Source: a virus. From it: DNA of 64,000 nucleotides. The stretch lies in IMG/VR virus record IMGVR_UViG_3300028374_000796; one strand, given 5' to 3'. Positions 39,965-48,764 of this stretch are shown here, one piece after another; the stretch's first letter is position 1, and every line of letters starts with the position of its first letter. Both the position numbers and the translations under genes were made by a program. The notes beneath the pieces are model-generated. The model was not told where the DNA came from, did no database searches, and worked only from the letters and a program-made list of their open reading frames with translations.

Positions 39965-40385
39965 CTATGAAAAAAGGTCACTCTGTATTCTTGAAGAAGG
40001 AAATGAGGGCAGGGTTATAAACCGCTATCATATTTTACCTTTTCCTTTGTTAGAACAGATTCAGGAAATCACAAGCCTTCACCAGTATTTCAGTGAAGCT
40101 TTAGACGAGTACGATTTTAAGATCCGGTATGGAAAATGGAACTATAAATCTATCCAAGGAAAAGGTTATCAAATTGAGAACGTGAACTGGAATTCTCCTA
40201 TTTATATTTTAGAGGAAGACCTTAATTTTGTATTGAGAAAAAATAAGGGAGATACAGTTGTTTATTGTTGGGATGCTAGAGTTTCTTTTTATCTGGCGGC
40301 AATTTACACAATGGCAGACAAAGATGAAGATGAATTTCAGAAATTGCTAATATCCGATTTGAAAAATTATCAGCACCTAGGTTGA
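39939..40385 (+). CDS. Hypothetical protein, paralog of 39599-39964
   Basis: YHILPFPLL and FYLAAIYTMADKDEDEFQKLL. Confidence 0.7.
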   Translation: MRERISMYDYEKRSLCILEEGNEGRVINRYHILPFPLLEQIQEITSLHQYFSEALDEYDFKIRYGKWNYKSIQGKGYQIENVNWNSPIYILEEDLNFVLRKNKGDTVVYCWDARVSFYLAAIYTMADKDEDEFQKLLISDLKNYQHLG

Positions 40386-40687
40386 AAATGTATTTATGGT
40401 AACTGTATATAACGCTCCTCTTGAAGATGCTCCAACTCTTAAGAGGGATAGCGAATGGAGCCTTACATATCAGGGAACTATATTTTCGTATCCACTCTGA
40501 TCGATGTAAAAATATCCGCTTACTATGTAGATGATTTTATAAGATATGGATATGACGGTTATGTAGCCTGGTCGGCGGGTGCCATGACTTGTAGAAGGTC
40601 GAACCCCCTAACTTTTTACTTGTAGTCTAGGGCGGAATATGATAGAGTAACGTGTCGGTTCCTTTTAAATAAGGGGAACCGACATCT

Positions 40688-40762
40688 AGGCGCGTAGCTC
40701 CAATTGGTAGAGCATCTGATTCCAAATCAGAGGGTTGTTGGGTTCGAGTCCCACCGCGCCTG
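40688..40762 (+). tRNA. trnW: tRNA-Trp (anticodon CCA); 3' CCA not encoded
   Basis: Acceptor AGGCGCG/CGCGCCT; D stem GCTC/GAGC; anticodon stem TCTGA/TCAGA with loop TTCCAAA; T loop TTCGAGT. Confidence 0.93.
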
Positions 40763-40795
40763 TTTAGTGACTAAAGTAAATGGAGTAAATACGAA

Positions 40796-41863
40796 ATGAC
40801 AGTAAGACAAATGTTTATCCCGACGATTGGAACTGAGTTTCGAGTGGAAGAAGACTGGACCTTCGATCTCTACGCAGAGAGTCGCAACAACCCCCTCCGA
40901 AAAGCTCTGGGTTTAAGTAGAGCCTCTTATTCCACTTCCCCCACCTATGATAAGGTTACCCTCAAAAAAGGAATCACGTTGATAGTGGATCGGATCTATA
41001 TCCGAAATAACGCTAAACAATATGATTCTATCACTTTCCGAATTGGAGATGTACCTGACGGCGTACCGAAAAAATTTCGCAAGAAAAGATTTTGGGCCAA
41101 ATTAGGGGATATCAATAATATTCAATTCACTCCCGTATCTGGAGTGCCTAGATCGGATGGGTTGTTATTTGTTCTGTTGAAAGTATCCCCGAATACGTAT
41201 CAAGCGCCTTCTAAGGGCTATGATAATACTTTCACCGAATTAGACACTGCAAAAAATCATGTTATCGAGAAACATGAAAATCCAGAGAAAGCCTATATTT
41301 TTCAGGTACCTCCCGGAAAAGAATTCCCTGACAGTTACCAAAATCGAACATGGGGCGCAGGCATTCCTGGATACGATGTTAAGGGCATCGAATCTAAATA
41401 TGACCTTGTATATGAACCCGTAGGTCCTTTGGGCAAAGGGCGGTCCGTAGACCTTCGTAGGTCACTATATAAAAGAAAGCATAGAGGAACCCCTAATGAC
41501 CCCAGAGATTTTTTTATGGAGTCAGAAGATCGGGAAGCGATCGAAGAAGCGGACTCTATCTATGTGATGGTAGATGACCTAAGAAGATCTTCAAGAAGCG
41601 ATAAATCTAGCGATGCGTTCGGATCTGTCATATTTAGATCAGGATCTAAATGGCAGGCGCGCCTTACAGGTAAAATGCGGTTGGAAGCTCCAGATCTTCA
41701 CAAAAAGATTTGTGATATCTGGGATACGGAGGGTTATATTCCCCTACGCACATTATCAGAAGGGGTATCGTTGTTGGAAGATTTTTTTGAAGAGAACCTA
41801 GACTCTTATGGTAAAGCTTTACCTCCAGTGGAAAGTTATAATTATACCTACTGGCGATCTTAG
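40796..41863 (+). CDS. Hypothetical protein
   Basis: 355-aa ORF with GGAG RBS. Confidence 0.8.
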   Translation: MTVRQMFIPTIGTEFRVEEDWTFDLYAESRNNPLRKALGLSRASYSTSPTYDKVTLKKGITLIVDRIYIRNNAKQYDSITFRIGDVPDGVPKKFRKKRFWAKLGDINNIQFTPVSGVPRSDGLLFVLLKVSPNTYQAPSKGYDNTFTELDTAKNHVIEKHENPEKAYIFQVPPGKEFPDSYQNRTWGAGIPGYDVKGIESKYDLVYEPVGPLGKGRSVDLRRSLYKRKHRGTPNDPRDFFMESEDREAIEEADSIYVMVDDLRRSSRSDKSSDAFGSVIFRSGSKWQARLTGKMRLEAPDLHKKICDIWDTEGYIPLRTLSEGVSLLEDFFEENLDSYGKALPPVESYNYTYWRS

Positions 41864-41865
41864 TG

Positions 41866-42927
41866 TTACAGATCAAATAAGAAAGGGAAGATGTGAGATC
41901 GAAGTTGAGGATTTTGTAATGCAGTCCTAGCTAGAACTCTTCTAATTGAAGATTCTTTCTTATCCTCATTGTCGCTTTCTTCCTTTTCTTTGTCATCTTT
42001 CTTTTTTTGCTTTTCTACGGTATCTTTCAATTCGTCGGGAACTCCTTTTGCTAAGGTAGCTCTCAACCTTTTTAGGTCTATTTCTCCATTACTAACAAAA
42101 AGACGTAGGAATTTCATATGGCCTTCTGTGATCTGGAAGAAAAAACTTAAAATTTCATCCATCACGTCATCTGGAATAGGTTCGCCGTCTTTATCTGTAT
42201 CCGTAAGCCATTTTTTAATTTTATCGTGATTGGTATCTTTATTTAAAGGATCTAATCCTATTTTCTCCATCATTTTTTTGCTTTCCTCGCTAAGAGTTGC
42301 AGAAGATTCCGCAGCTTTTAATTCTGACAGCGCCTCTTTGAAAGTTTTATCATTTCTAGCGTCAATGGTGTCCATAAGATTGGTGAGTAGTTTCTCCCCT
42401 TCTTTTTCATTGAAAAGGGTGACAACCAATCCCATACACATTTCTGCTAGTTCTCCAAAGGAAACTTCGTGATTGGTAAATTCTTTGAATTTCTGTTTAA
42501 TGGTTGCCTTGGCCTTATTGATAGCGCCTTTTAATTTCCCTTTATTTTCTTTGATAAAATTCTTGGATTCTTCTTCCGCCTTTTCATCTTTCTCGTCAGT
42601 CTCATCGGAGTTTTCTTCCTCATCACCTTCTTCTTTATCTTCTTTATCTTTTTTAGACTCTTCAGATTTTTCGCTTTCTTGCCACTGCTTTTTGATCTGT
42701 AAGTACCTCTTGTGAGCGCCGGAGTCCCTGGGACTATTCTTCAGGGTTTTAACCAGAACCTTATCCGAACTATCTGTATCAGGATTGTTTACCTTCTCAT
42801 TTAGAAGTTCTTCATAGGACATAGATTTGCTGGTTTTATTTACTAGAGGAAGTAAATGTGGACGCAACTCTGGAGTCTTATATGCCAGCCGGATAATTTC
42901 AGTTCTTAATTTGGACATAAAAAACAC
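41866..42927 (-). CDS. Hypothetical protein with the shared leader at both termini (probable start ATG 42918)
   Basis: N-terminal MSKLRTEIIRLAYKTPELRPHLLPLV; C-terminal SIRRVLARTALQNPQLRSHIFPFL. Confidence 0.85.
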   Translation of the reverse strand: MFFMSKLRTEIIRLAYKTPELRPHLLPLVNKTSKSMSYEELLNEKVNNPDTDSSDKVLVKTLKNSPRDSGAHKRYLQIKKQWQESEKSEESKKDKEDKEEGDEEENSDETDEKDEKAEEESKNFIKENKGKLKGAINKAKATIKQKFKEFTNHEVSFGELAEMCMGLVVTLFNEKEGEKLLTNLMDTIDARNDKTFKEALSELKAAESSATLSEESKKMMEKIGLDPLNKDTNHDKIKKWLTDTDKDGEPIPDDVMDEILSFFFQITEGHMKFLRLFVSNGEIDLKRLRATLAKGVPDELKDTVEKQKKKDDKEKEESDNEDKKESSIRRVLARTALQNPQLRSHIFPFLFDL

Positions 42928-42977
42928 ACTTGAAGTATAGTGAAGTCTCCAAGTGTGTTCTTTATCAAAACATTAAT

Positions 42978-43382
42978 TCAAAGATCTATGATGTCCCTCC
43001 AGTCTTCGCCGGTTTCAGATCCCCACTGCTTACGGGGTGCAAGCAGGTGACCGTTCATGTTGTAGTCTGCTCCACAACATGTACAGGTGTTGGTGAATTT
43101 CACCAGAGCAACCTTAGACCCGCATTCTTCACACAAACCAACTTTCGGGACCTTCGTTACCCGGACCTGACGAGTAACCCCTTTATTGACGATAGGCTGA
43201 CTATGTGAGTTGGAAACGCATTTCTCATAGGCAGCTTTGGCAGCATCGGGAAGGCTGTCTACATCGACATTTCCGTTCTCATCGCAGCTAAAAGAGAACC
43301 CCCAACCCTCTTCCCCTTCCCAGTCGAAAGAGAGAGTATAGCTAATATGTTCAACTTTCTTTCGGTTTTGGATAATTTTGAT
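42978..43382 (-). CDS. Zinc-ribbon protein with an apparently non-AUG start (absent from the ORF track)
   Basis: My translation: IKIIQNRKKVEHISYTLSFDW...GFSFSCDENG...CEECGSKVALVKFTNTCTCCGADYNMNGHLLAPRKQWGSETGE; no in-frame ATG/GTG/TTG before the upstream TAA. Confidence 0.7.
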   Translation of the reverse strand: MKIIQNRKKVEHISYTLSFDWEGEEGWGFSFSCDENGNVDVDSLPDAAKAAYEKCVSNSHSQPIVNKGVTRQVRVTKVPKVGLCEECGSKVALVKFTNTCTCCGADYNMNGHLLAPRKQWGSETGEDWRDIIDL

Positions 43383-43421
43383 TCCTAGGGTGATAGAAAG
43401 TGATCCTTAACAACTTCACCC

Positions 43422-43450
43422 TATATACCCTGGAGTCCTAGAAATTACAA
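43422..43450 (-). promoter_or_regulatory. Promoter, CCAGGG family
   Basis: TTGTAA-N17-TATATA with CCAGGG abutting the -10 box. Confidence 0.75.
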
Positions 43451-43601
43451 ATCTTTTTTAAATAATTCACATTTCCGGGAATTTATTATATAGAATCAAA
43501 CGCTTCGATCAATGACCGTCCAAATATGGACCCGTCATATGAATATATAACTTGCTTACAAAACGTAAGCCAACACGAAACTACACTAGTAGGTCTTTAG
43601 A

Positions 43602-45902
43602 ATGGCTGTAAAGAATACCACACCATCCTCAGTATCATCCTCCAAAACAACCCTAAGTTCAAATTACGATTTGAAAACCCTTCTCTCATTCGAGACAAAA
43701 GAGGAAGGTAGGCACCTTCAAAAATTGATCGAAAAGAATCCAGGGCTGGTTCAACATAAATATTTTGGGGATGAACCTAATAATGCGGGAAATATCCATT
43801 TAAATGGAAAACCCGAAGCAAGTGCAGGGGAACGAATCACGAACGGATGTGATGCTAAAATTGAAGAAGCCATCTATAACGGACTGGCTGCTCAGTATGA
43901 CAACCCTTTTGATATTGGAGAAGCAGTTTTCGACGCCAATAAAACAGGGGTGTCCGTAGCATCTAGGCCAGTACACCTTCGATTGAAAGGAAAGTACGAT
44001 AAAAAAGCGAAGTCAGTGACGATGGATGTGCGGGATTATGGAATAGGAATTCCAGTCAAACGCATGTTGAAAACTATTCTTAATTCCAAAAGTGGAACCA
44101 AATCAAGCGATCCTCGTTATATTGGCAGGTATGGTCATGGAGGGTCTACTACTTTCTCACATTCAAATTTCTCGATGGTAGTAAGCCGTCATATTAATTC
44201 TAAAAAGGTGGGAGTAGCTTTTGTCAAGTATTGCGCCCCCGGAGATATGAATCCCATTACGGGAGAGGAACAACGAAGGAGCGGGACATATCTAACATTA
44301 GTGGACCCTAATACGGGAGAGCCTTTCGTGTTCAACGCTTTTGATACCAATGGCAATGAGATCTTCAAGCCCGGCACGCATATTCGACATTTTGAATATG
44401 AGATGGATCCGAGGGACCTTGTTTTTTACAGCAAACCCACCCGTCAAAAGTCTTCTCTTTATAAAACGATGAGGACGATGTTCCCTAACCCTCCAATTCC
44501 TTTTGCGGTTTTTGACGACCGCATGGGAGCAAAAGGGACTCAGCTTCATTATACGGTTTACGGATCCTTTCGTTCCCTTAGTAGTAATGTAAAAAAGAAG
44601 GTCGAATATGACAATTCCGCTACTGTTCCAGTTGGAAAGGGTAATATCAAACTCTACTGGTTTATTATCGACGAAGATTCCGTGCGTGATAATTATATCA
44701 ATAATTTCGTCAACTATGGGTATTCGGGTAACGTATTTTTGAGCGGTCAGACCATCGAAACATTGCCAGCACAGATCGTTAGAGATTCTGGGATTCCCTT
44801 TTTGGAAAAAGGAATCGTTCTCTTTGCAGATCTCGATGGTCTCGACGATCGGACCAAAGATCGCGTGATGACTGCGACCAGAGAAAGTCTAAATACTAAC
44901 TACCGAAATCTCATTCATGAACATCTGGTATCGCATCTCAAAGAAGATGATAGAGTGCAAGAAATCCATCAAGAAAGACGAAATAATCTAACTTCTACGC
45001 CTTCCAATCAGGATACCATCAAGCAGTTGAAGAAATATTTTGAGAACTACCTTACGGGTTCTGGAAATAGTAGAACTCCAAATCCTAATCCCAAACCTAA
45101 AGTTTCTCCTACCCCTATTGCGGTAGCAAATAGCTATATAAAGGTTATTTCCCCTAGACGGGCTTTGTATCCGGGCCAGAAATTTTCCATTAGGTTTCAG
45201 ACCGATATCGATAATTCAAGGTTCGATCAGAATTTCTTTGAAATTACTGCTAAGGACCCTCAGGTTCTTGAGGTATCCAACTGGTCGATCAGTGATAACC
45301 AGAATGCAACACAGGGCCATAAAACACTGGCAGGTCTACAGGTTAACCCCGGCGCACAGGTAGGGGATTTCTCCACCATTACTTTGAAAGTGAAGCTACC
45401 TAACCAACAAGAAGTGGAAGTGGAAATAGCTTGTGCCATCGTGGAAAAACCGGATCCTAAGAAAACCAGTCAAAAGGTTCCGGATTTCGATGTGAAATGG
45501 GTTAATAAGAATCAAACAGACCTGATTAGAAATCTGGACCTTTTTGACGAGGATGGAAATGTCATGGAAGATAAGGTAGGTCACGTCGAGAGAGGTGGAG
45601 ACGGTTCAATTACCGTTTACTTGGCGAGGTTCAACGAAGAAGTAGTTGCGGCGCTCAAAGCGATCGAAGATAATGGTACTGCTAAAACCCGATATGATCA
45701 TTACCAGGAGTTTTTCCTGTCAGGATATTTTGACTTTCAGGTAGCAGCAGCTGCATCTGCATTTCTTCTCAAAGATGACGGGCAGATTCAAACTCCAAGC
45801 CCCAAAGATACCCCAGATACCGAATTGGAAACCGTAATGAAAAGCGCTGCTAGGAGCGCAGTAGCTTACTGGAAAGTAAATCTTCTAAAAATTGCAAATT
45901 AA
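43602..45902 (+). CDS. GHKL (HSP90/MORC/sacsin-like) ATPase-domain protein, copy 2
   Basis: ERITNGCDA, VRDYGIG, IGRYGHGGS, GT; Ig-like C-terminal region. Confidence 0.8.
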   Translation: MAVKNTTPSSVSSSKTTLSSNYDLKTLLSFETKEEGRHLQKLIEKNPGLVQHKYFGDEPNNAGNIHLNGKPEASAGERITNGCDAKIEEAIYNGLAAQYDNPFDIGEAVFDANKTGVSVASRPVHLRLKGKYDKKAKSVTMDVRDYGIGIPVKRMLKTILNSKSGTKSSDPRYIGRYGHGGSTTFSHSNFSMVVSRHINSKKVGVAFVKYCAPGDMNPITGEEQRRSGTYLTLVDPNTGEPFVFNAFDTNGNEIFKPGTHIRHFEYEMDPRDLVFYSKPTRQKSSLYKTMRTMFPNPPIPFAVFDDRMGAKGTQLHYTVYGSFRSLSSNVKKKVEYDNSATVPVGKGNIKLYWFIIDEDSVRDNYINNFVNYGYSGNVFLSGQTIETLPAQIVRDSGIPFLEKGIVLFADLDGLDDRTKDRVMTATRESLNTNYRNLIHEHLVSHLKEDDRVQEIHQERRNNLTSTPSNQDTIKQLKKYFENYLTGSGNSRTPNPNPKPKVSPTPIAVANSYIKVISPRRALYPGQKFSIRFQTDIDNSRFDQNFFEITAKDPQVLEVSNWSISDNQNATQGHKTLAGLQVNPGAQVGDFSTITLKVKLPNQQEVEVEIACAIVEKPDPKKTSQKVPDFDVKWVNKNQTDLIRNLDLFDEDGNVMEDKVGHVERGGDGSITVYLARFNEEVVAALKAIEDNGTAKTRYDHYQEFFLSGYFDFQVAAAASAFLLKDDGQIQTPSPKDTPDTELETVMKSAARSAVAYWKVNLLKIAN

Positions 45903-45904
45903 AT

Positions 45905-45933
45905 TTGTAATTTAGGAAAGACCAGGGTATATA
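45905..45933 (+). promoter_or_regulatory. Promoter, CCAGGG family, driving the candidate ncRNA
   Basis: TTGTAA tttaggaaagaccaggg TATATA. Confidence 0.75.
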
Positions 45934-45935
45934 GG

Positions 45936-46328
45936 GTGAGTCGAGGGGAAACCCTCTTAATACTGGCAAGGGATATTGGCCATAGGAATAGATAAAGGAA
46001 CTCTGAACATAGTGGAGTTCGCCAATGGCATCGACCCCAAACAGGCTAAAGCCCAAGGAGTCTGGTATGAAGTGCGCGGGATTGAAAGATCCCCTTTGGT
46101 CGACCCAATATGGACGTTAAAATAACGGACCATTTCAAAGTCTTGAAAGGAAAAGGTCAAAATCCTTTTGAGAGTGGTAACCGGATAATACCGAAGCAGC
46201 ACGCTATTTTTACTTGATATACAAAACACCTCTCCTGCGAGGTGCAGAAAAATATGATTTTATGCAGGCACCTTCAAGATAGAGAAAAAAGGAAGATCCT
46301 TAGCAGATAGTTAAGGATCTTCTTTTTT
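45936..46328 (+). ncRNA. Candidate ~390-nt structured RNA of unknown family
   Basis: Bounded by a promoter and a terminator; many stems (GAGGG-GAAA-CCCTC; ATTGGC/GCCAAT; GAACTC/GAGTTC; GGGAT-TGAAAG-ATCCC; TTTCAA/TTGAAA; AAAAGG/CCTTTT; CACCTC/GAGGTG); no convincing plus-strand ORF. Confidence 0.55.
46292..46328 (+). terminator. Intrinsic terminator
   Basis: GAAGATCCTTAG / TTAAGGATCTTC followed by TTTTTT. Confidence 0.85.
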
Positions 46329-46378
46329 GTTCTTATAAATAGATCCAGTGTTAACGTTCCTAAGAGGCACTTACTATT

Positions 46379-47323
46379 ATGGTTAAAACAAACTCAAAAT
46401 CTTTTCGTGATTTTCAAATGAAGGTTGATTCCTTTGAGGACCAAATCGAAGAATTGATTGAAGGCATCGATTTGACCTCGGATAAAGTCAAAGACCTGAA
46501 CTTTGACTTTGCCAATCTTATTCGAGAACTCAAAGAGGTCAAACATAGCGATGATGACTATAATATTGGAGAGTCGATTATGGACCATATGAAAATGGAC
46601 CTCCAAAATGTTAATGACCTGACCCAAGGTTGGGACAAACAAAAAAGAAATATCCTTCGCCTTCTTTCTTTCCTCCACGATATCGCCAAACCCGAGACAT
46701 TTGAAATGCGAGGGGATAAGGCAACGTTCTATGGGCATCCTGATAGGGGCTATGAAGTATCTAAAGTTATCCTTGATCAGTTTACTGAGGAAACCGAAGA
46801 AATGCGAGAGTATGTAGCCAAGTTGGTGAAATATCATCACCATATTTATCAGTTGGCGCATTCAAAGAAACAACTCAAAGACCCTAACCAGCTTTCCTAC
46901 TTGAAAAAGTTCATTCAAGAAGGTGCCGAAACTCTTCAAGACCTAGCTCTTTTCGCAAAAGCAGACTCTATGACTCCGCAAGGTCTGGCAGAAGTCAAAG
47001 AATCCATTAAAATAATCACTGAGGATATCAAACGATATCGAGAACAAGAAAAAAGAGAGAATGAAAAAGAACGTAAAATGGAACAATTGGCAGATGAACG
47101 GGTAAGGGATGAAAGAAAAGTCCGTTCTATTTTAGAAGAAAATTCTTCTCTTTCAGCGGAAGGGGTTCAAGCAGTATTAGATCTAATACCGAAAGTGTCT
47201 GATATTAACCGTTACTTAGGGAAAAACAAAGAGTACAACGCCATCAAAGCCCTCCAGAGCTATTTGCAAGGAAAGTCTAACGTAGCACAGGTAGTTGCCT
47301 TAAGAACCCTGTATGGTCGTTGA
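46379..47323 (+). CDS. HD-domain phosphohydrolase (resembles the HD region of multifunctional CCA/poly(A)-type enzymes)
   Basis: H..DH, FLHDIAKPET, FYGH, YHH, KAD. Confidence 0.82.
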   Translation: MVKTNSKSFRDFQMKVDSFEDQIEELIEGIDLTSDKVKDLNFDFANLIRELKEVKHSDDDYNIGESIMDHMKMDLQNVNDLTQGWDKQKRNILRLLSFLHDIAKPETFEMRGDKATFYGHPDRGYEVSKVILDQFTEETEEMREYVAKLVKYHHHIYQLAHSKKQLKDPNQLSYLKKFIQEGAETLQDLALFAKADSMTPQGLAEVKESIKIITEDIKRYREQEKRENEKERKMEQLADERVRDERKVRSILEENSSLSAEGVQAVLDLIPKVSDINRYLGKNKEYNAIKALQSYLQGKSNVAQVVALRTLYGR

Positions 47324-47463
47324 CCTTTAGTCTTATCTATGTTAACGTTTTGTAGGCAATCAATAAAAGAGGTAGTTATAAAATGAGTAAAAAAGAATTG
47401 GATGTTTGGAGTGCCCAGGGTATATTAAGCTGAAGGGTCCTTTTTTATTTGTAAGGAATTGAG

Positions 47464-47859
47464 ATGTCGATATCGAAAAAAGAAGAAGAAAGACTGATTA
47501 GGGATATCAAAAATTATTTCAAGGATCAGTGGCCAAAAACACAATGGAAATTAATAGATAATAGTCTTCACGAAATGTCCCCTTACCTTCAATTTAAATC
47601 CAAAACAGGCATCACCATACTTTTGATTTATAAAGGATCCCTTGATAAATGTTGGGGTTCAATTGCTAATTTCCAATCTACATTGTCTGATAATGACATA
47701 CCTTTATCGAATAACGTTAAAGCTACCGACTGGGAACCTGCGATAGACAATGCTCTTGAGCAAGCTGTCAATGTTTTAGAGAGAGACACCGAAAGAAGCT
47801 TGAAAGCTCTAAAATCCTTACTGGAATCGGATCATATTCGACAGGCTAGAAGACGTTGA
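47464..47859 (+). CDS. Small paralog-family protein (L..xWP..W family)
   Basis: IKNYFKDQWPKTQW...DWEPAIDNAL. Confidence 0.75.
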   Translation: MSISKKEEERLIRDIKNYFKDQWPKTQWKLIDNSLHEMSPYLQFKSKTGITILLIYKGSLDKCWGSIANFQSTLSDNDIPLSNNVKATDWEPAIDNALEQAVNVLERDTERSLKALKSLLESDHIRQARRR

Positions 47860-48021
47860 CACCTTATGAGTTGGGATCAAAAAGAGCAGGAGACATGGTT
47901 AGAAGAAGGTAATGTCTGTATGCTTTGGACAGTGTAGTAGTAGCTACTGCTCAACATTTCATGACGATGCCTGGAGACAGGGAGATACCTTCTATTTTGA
48001 GGGAAGGAATCGTAGAAACAT

Positions 48022-48534
48022 TTGTTGAATTGCCAGATGATCATTGGGAAAGTAAAGGGAATTAAAATGGTTGAGGAAGTTAGGTTAGTACAAAGGATGA
48101 CTGCTAAAAACAATCCTGCAAAGGACCAGAAGGGAATTGATAACTATTTCCGTATGGATTATATGGGGAGCGCTGAATTTGAATTTGGTGCCCTCCCCAA
48201 AAGTTTGCGAATTATGCGGGAATCTCAGGAAGAAATTGTTATTTCGGAGATCAACCTTCCCTACATGAACAAACCGCTCTGGTATGTAGGACCTCAAAAC
48301 GAATATGGAAGGGCCGTGAATGTGGTGCGCCGCTCATACGACCCTGAAGAAAGTTATTCTACTTTCAAAGAACCTACTTTCATTCAAGAAATGCTGGAAG
48401 GCAACCTCCATCGCTATAATGGTTGGTGGGCTATTCAATACGATCATGGAGGTCCTGAAAATTGGACCCCTTTCGCCCTTTTCATAACCGAAAAAAATGC
48501 TTCCCTTTGGAGAAAAGGAATTGAAAATGCTTGA
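48022..48534 (+). CDS. Hypothetical protein
   Basis: DYMGSAEFEFGALPKSL conserved-looking motif. Confidence 0.75.
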   Translation: MLNCQMIIGKVKGIKMVEEVRLVQRMTAKNNPAKDQKGIDNYFRMDYMGSAEFEFGALPKSLRIMRESQEEIVISEINLPYMNKPLWYVGPQNEYGRAVNVVRRSYDPEESYSTFKEPTFIQEMLEGNLHRYNGWWAIQYDHGGPENWTPFALFITEKNASLWRKGIENA

Positions 48535-48676
48535 ATTAGTTATCGTCTACGTTATCGTCTACATTATCGTCTACATTATTGGCGCATTGATTTATCGAAC
48601 TATTGATTCTAGATTTCCTTCTGATACCGCTGAAAACGAAGAAGTGACCCAACACGTCGAAAAAATGAGAGTCTAA
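48527..48676 (+). CDS. 49-aa single-pass membrane peptide (absent from the ORF track)
   Basis: MLELVIVYVIVYIIVYIIGALIYRT...; the TM segment is built from a 12-bp tandem repeat (TATCGTCTAC(G/A)T x3); AAGGA RBS. Confidence 0.55.
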   Translation: MLELVIVYVIVYIIVYIIGALIYRTIDSRFPSDTAENEEVTQHVEKMRV

Positions 48677-48764
48677 TACTCTTTGAGTAATAGCTAGGCC
48701 AGGGAATTTCTATTTATAGGGTTTTATCATTAGACGTTGATAACACTTATAACAAGGAATTCCT

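Noticed and set aside
45957-46229. Track ORF 45957-46229 (-)
   Set aside because: It runs antisense to a promoter-terminator unit, has a TTG start without a clear RBS, and the product is unremarkable.
46168-46240. Glycine-riboswitch-like (GAGAG...CCGAAG.AGCA...CTCTC) or SRP-like (AAGCAGC) motif inside the candidate RNA
   Set aside because: Key conserved nucleotides (CUCAGG for glycine; CAGG and the GNRA-capped helix 8 for SRP) are absent, so no family is assigned.
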